Below, one piece after another: positions 63,166-64,000 of a stretch of 64,000 nucleotides of DNA. Both the position numbers and the translations under genes were made by a program. The stretch lies in contig NC_043020.1 of assembly GCF_006345805.1 (NCBI RefSeq), positions 8,866,001-8,930,000 of the forward strand, in the 5' to 3' direction. The notes beneath the pieces are model-generated. The model had not been told where the DNA came from, made no database searches, and saw nothing but the letters and a program-made list of their open reading frames with translations. The stretch is from Octopus sinensis. Taxonomy: Eukaryota. Each line of letters starts with the position of its first letter. Positions within the stretch are counted from its first letter, which is position 1.

Positions 63166-64000
63166 TGTGGTTCGTAAGTTTCTGGATGTAAACTCATGTC
63201 TTTCTGGCTTTTTTGCTGTTCTCTGCATTAAACATTATTGAAGGTAATCAATCCTTCAAGAGTCTAAAATAACGGTGAAAGTAGTCTGTCTGAATGTTAT
63301 TTGAAGCTGCCCGGGATTCAGTAACTGGACCACGGAGCTAAAAGTTAAAATCCAAGTTTTATTAAATTCGTATAGCGACAGATATGAATTCGGATTACGA
63401 ATTAGCTAAAGGGGGACTAAAAAACAACAACAAACTAAACAAAAAAAATTCTGTTCAATGGGACATAACTCTATTTTACCATCAGGAGTGACTCCCCTTG
63501 GCAAACTTCGCATTCTGTTTGTAGACGAAGCTTTTATTTAGTTATTCGATAAAGTTAATACAGGAAAAAGAAGAAAACGTATTTAGTAATTGAGTTAAGC
63601 ATCTCACACACACATGTATGAATGGACAAGCGCATAAGCACGCACGTACATAACCGCACACACACACATACACACTCACGTGGTAGAAGTTAACTCTTAA
63701 CCGAGCGAGACCATTTCCTAAACTCAGTAAACCTGTAGAAACATTCCATGAATCCAATTAGTACCTGTTTGTGGATTTTGTTTTGGGTGGATCAAGCATT
63801 GCACTGCACTGAACTCATTCTTCTGCTTGAGCCAAACTGGTGACACAACAAAGCTTGAGACAGCTAGGGGCCAATTGGACCGTAGGTCTTTTTTTTATGT
63901 GAGCTTACTTTCTCCTAGAGTGGAGTTCTAATGGGAACTGTGGAGTCCTTCACTCACAGTGGTTCAGATGCTAATTAACCCATAGCTAGGGCCCTAACAG

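Overview
AT-rich, microsatellite-laden animal genomic DNA. The repeat families and composition suggest an octopod cephalopod (inference, not database-checked). Most of the window is transposon-derived: several tRNA-headed SINE families (labelled A, B, C, E here), a (GAT)n-tailed family D that in one copy is continuous with an RTE LINE ORF end, RTE and CR1 LINE fragments, Penelope-like (PLE) relics, hAT, mariner and piggyBac MITEs, and a full-length decayed Tc1-type element with DD36E spacing. One host exon is clearly recognisable: the first coding exon of UBE2H (minus strand, 41313-41365), followed by a U12-type donor (GTATCCTTT). I found no further UBE2H exon in the 41 kb to its left, so that region is probably one very long minor-class intron. 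The most unusual structures are a perfect 132-bp palindrome carrying a type I hammerhead ribozyme fold on both strands, related palindromic PLE-like termini, a perfect 77-bp inverted duplication inside a decayed RTE, and a 37-bp inverted-repeat insertion with its empty site nearby. There is a 100-N gap at 58554-58653. Repeat boundaries without a stated TSD are approximate.
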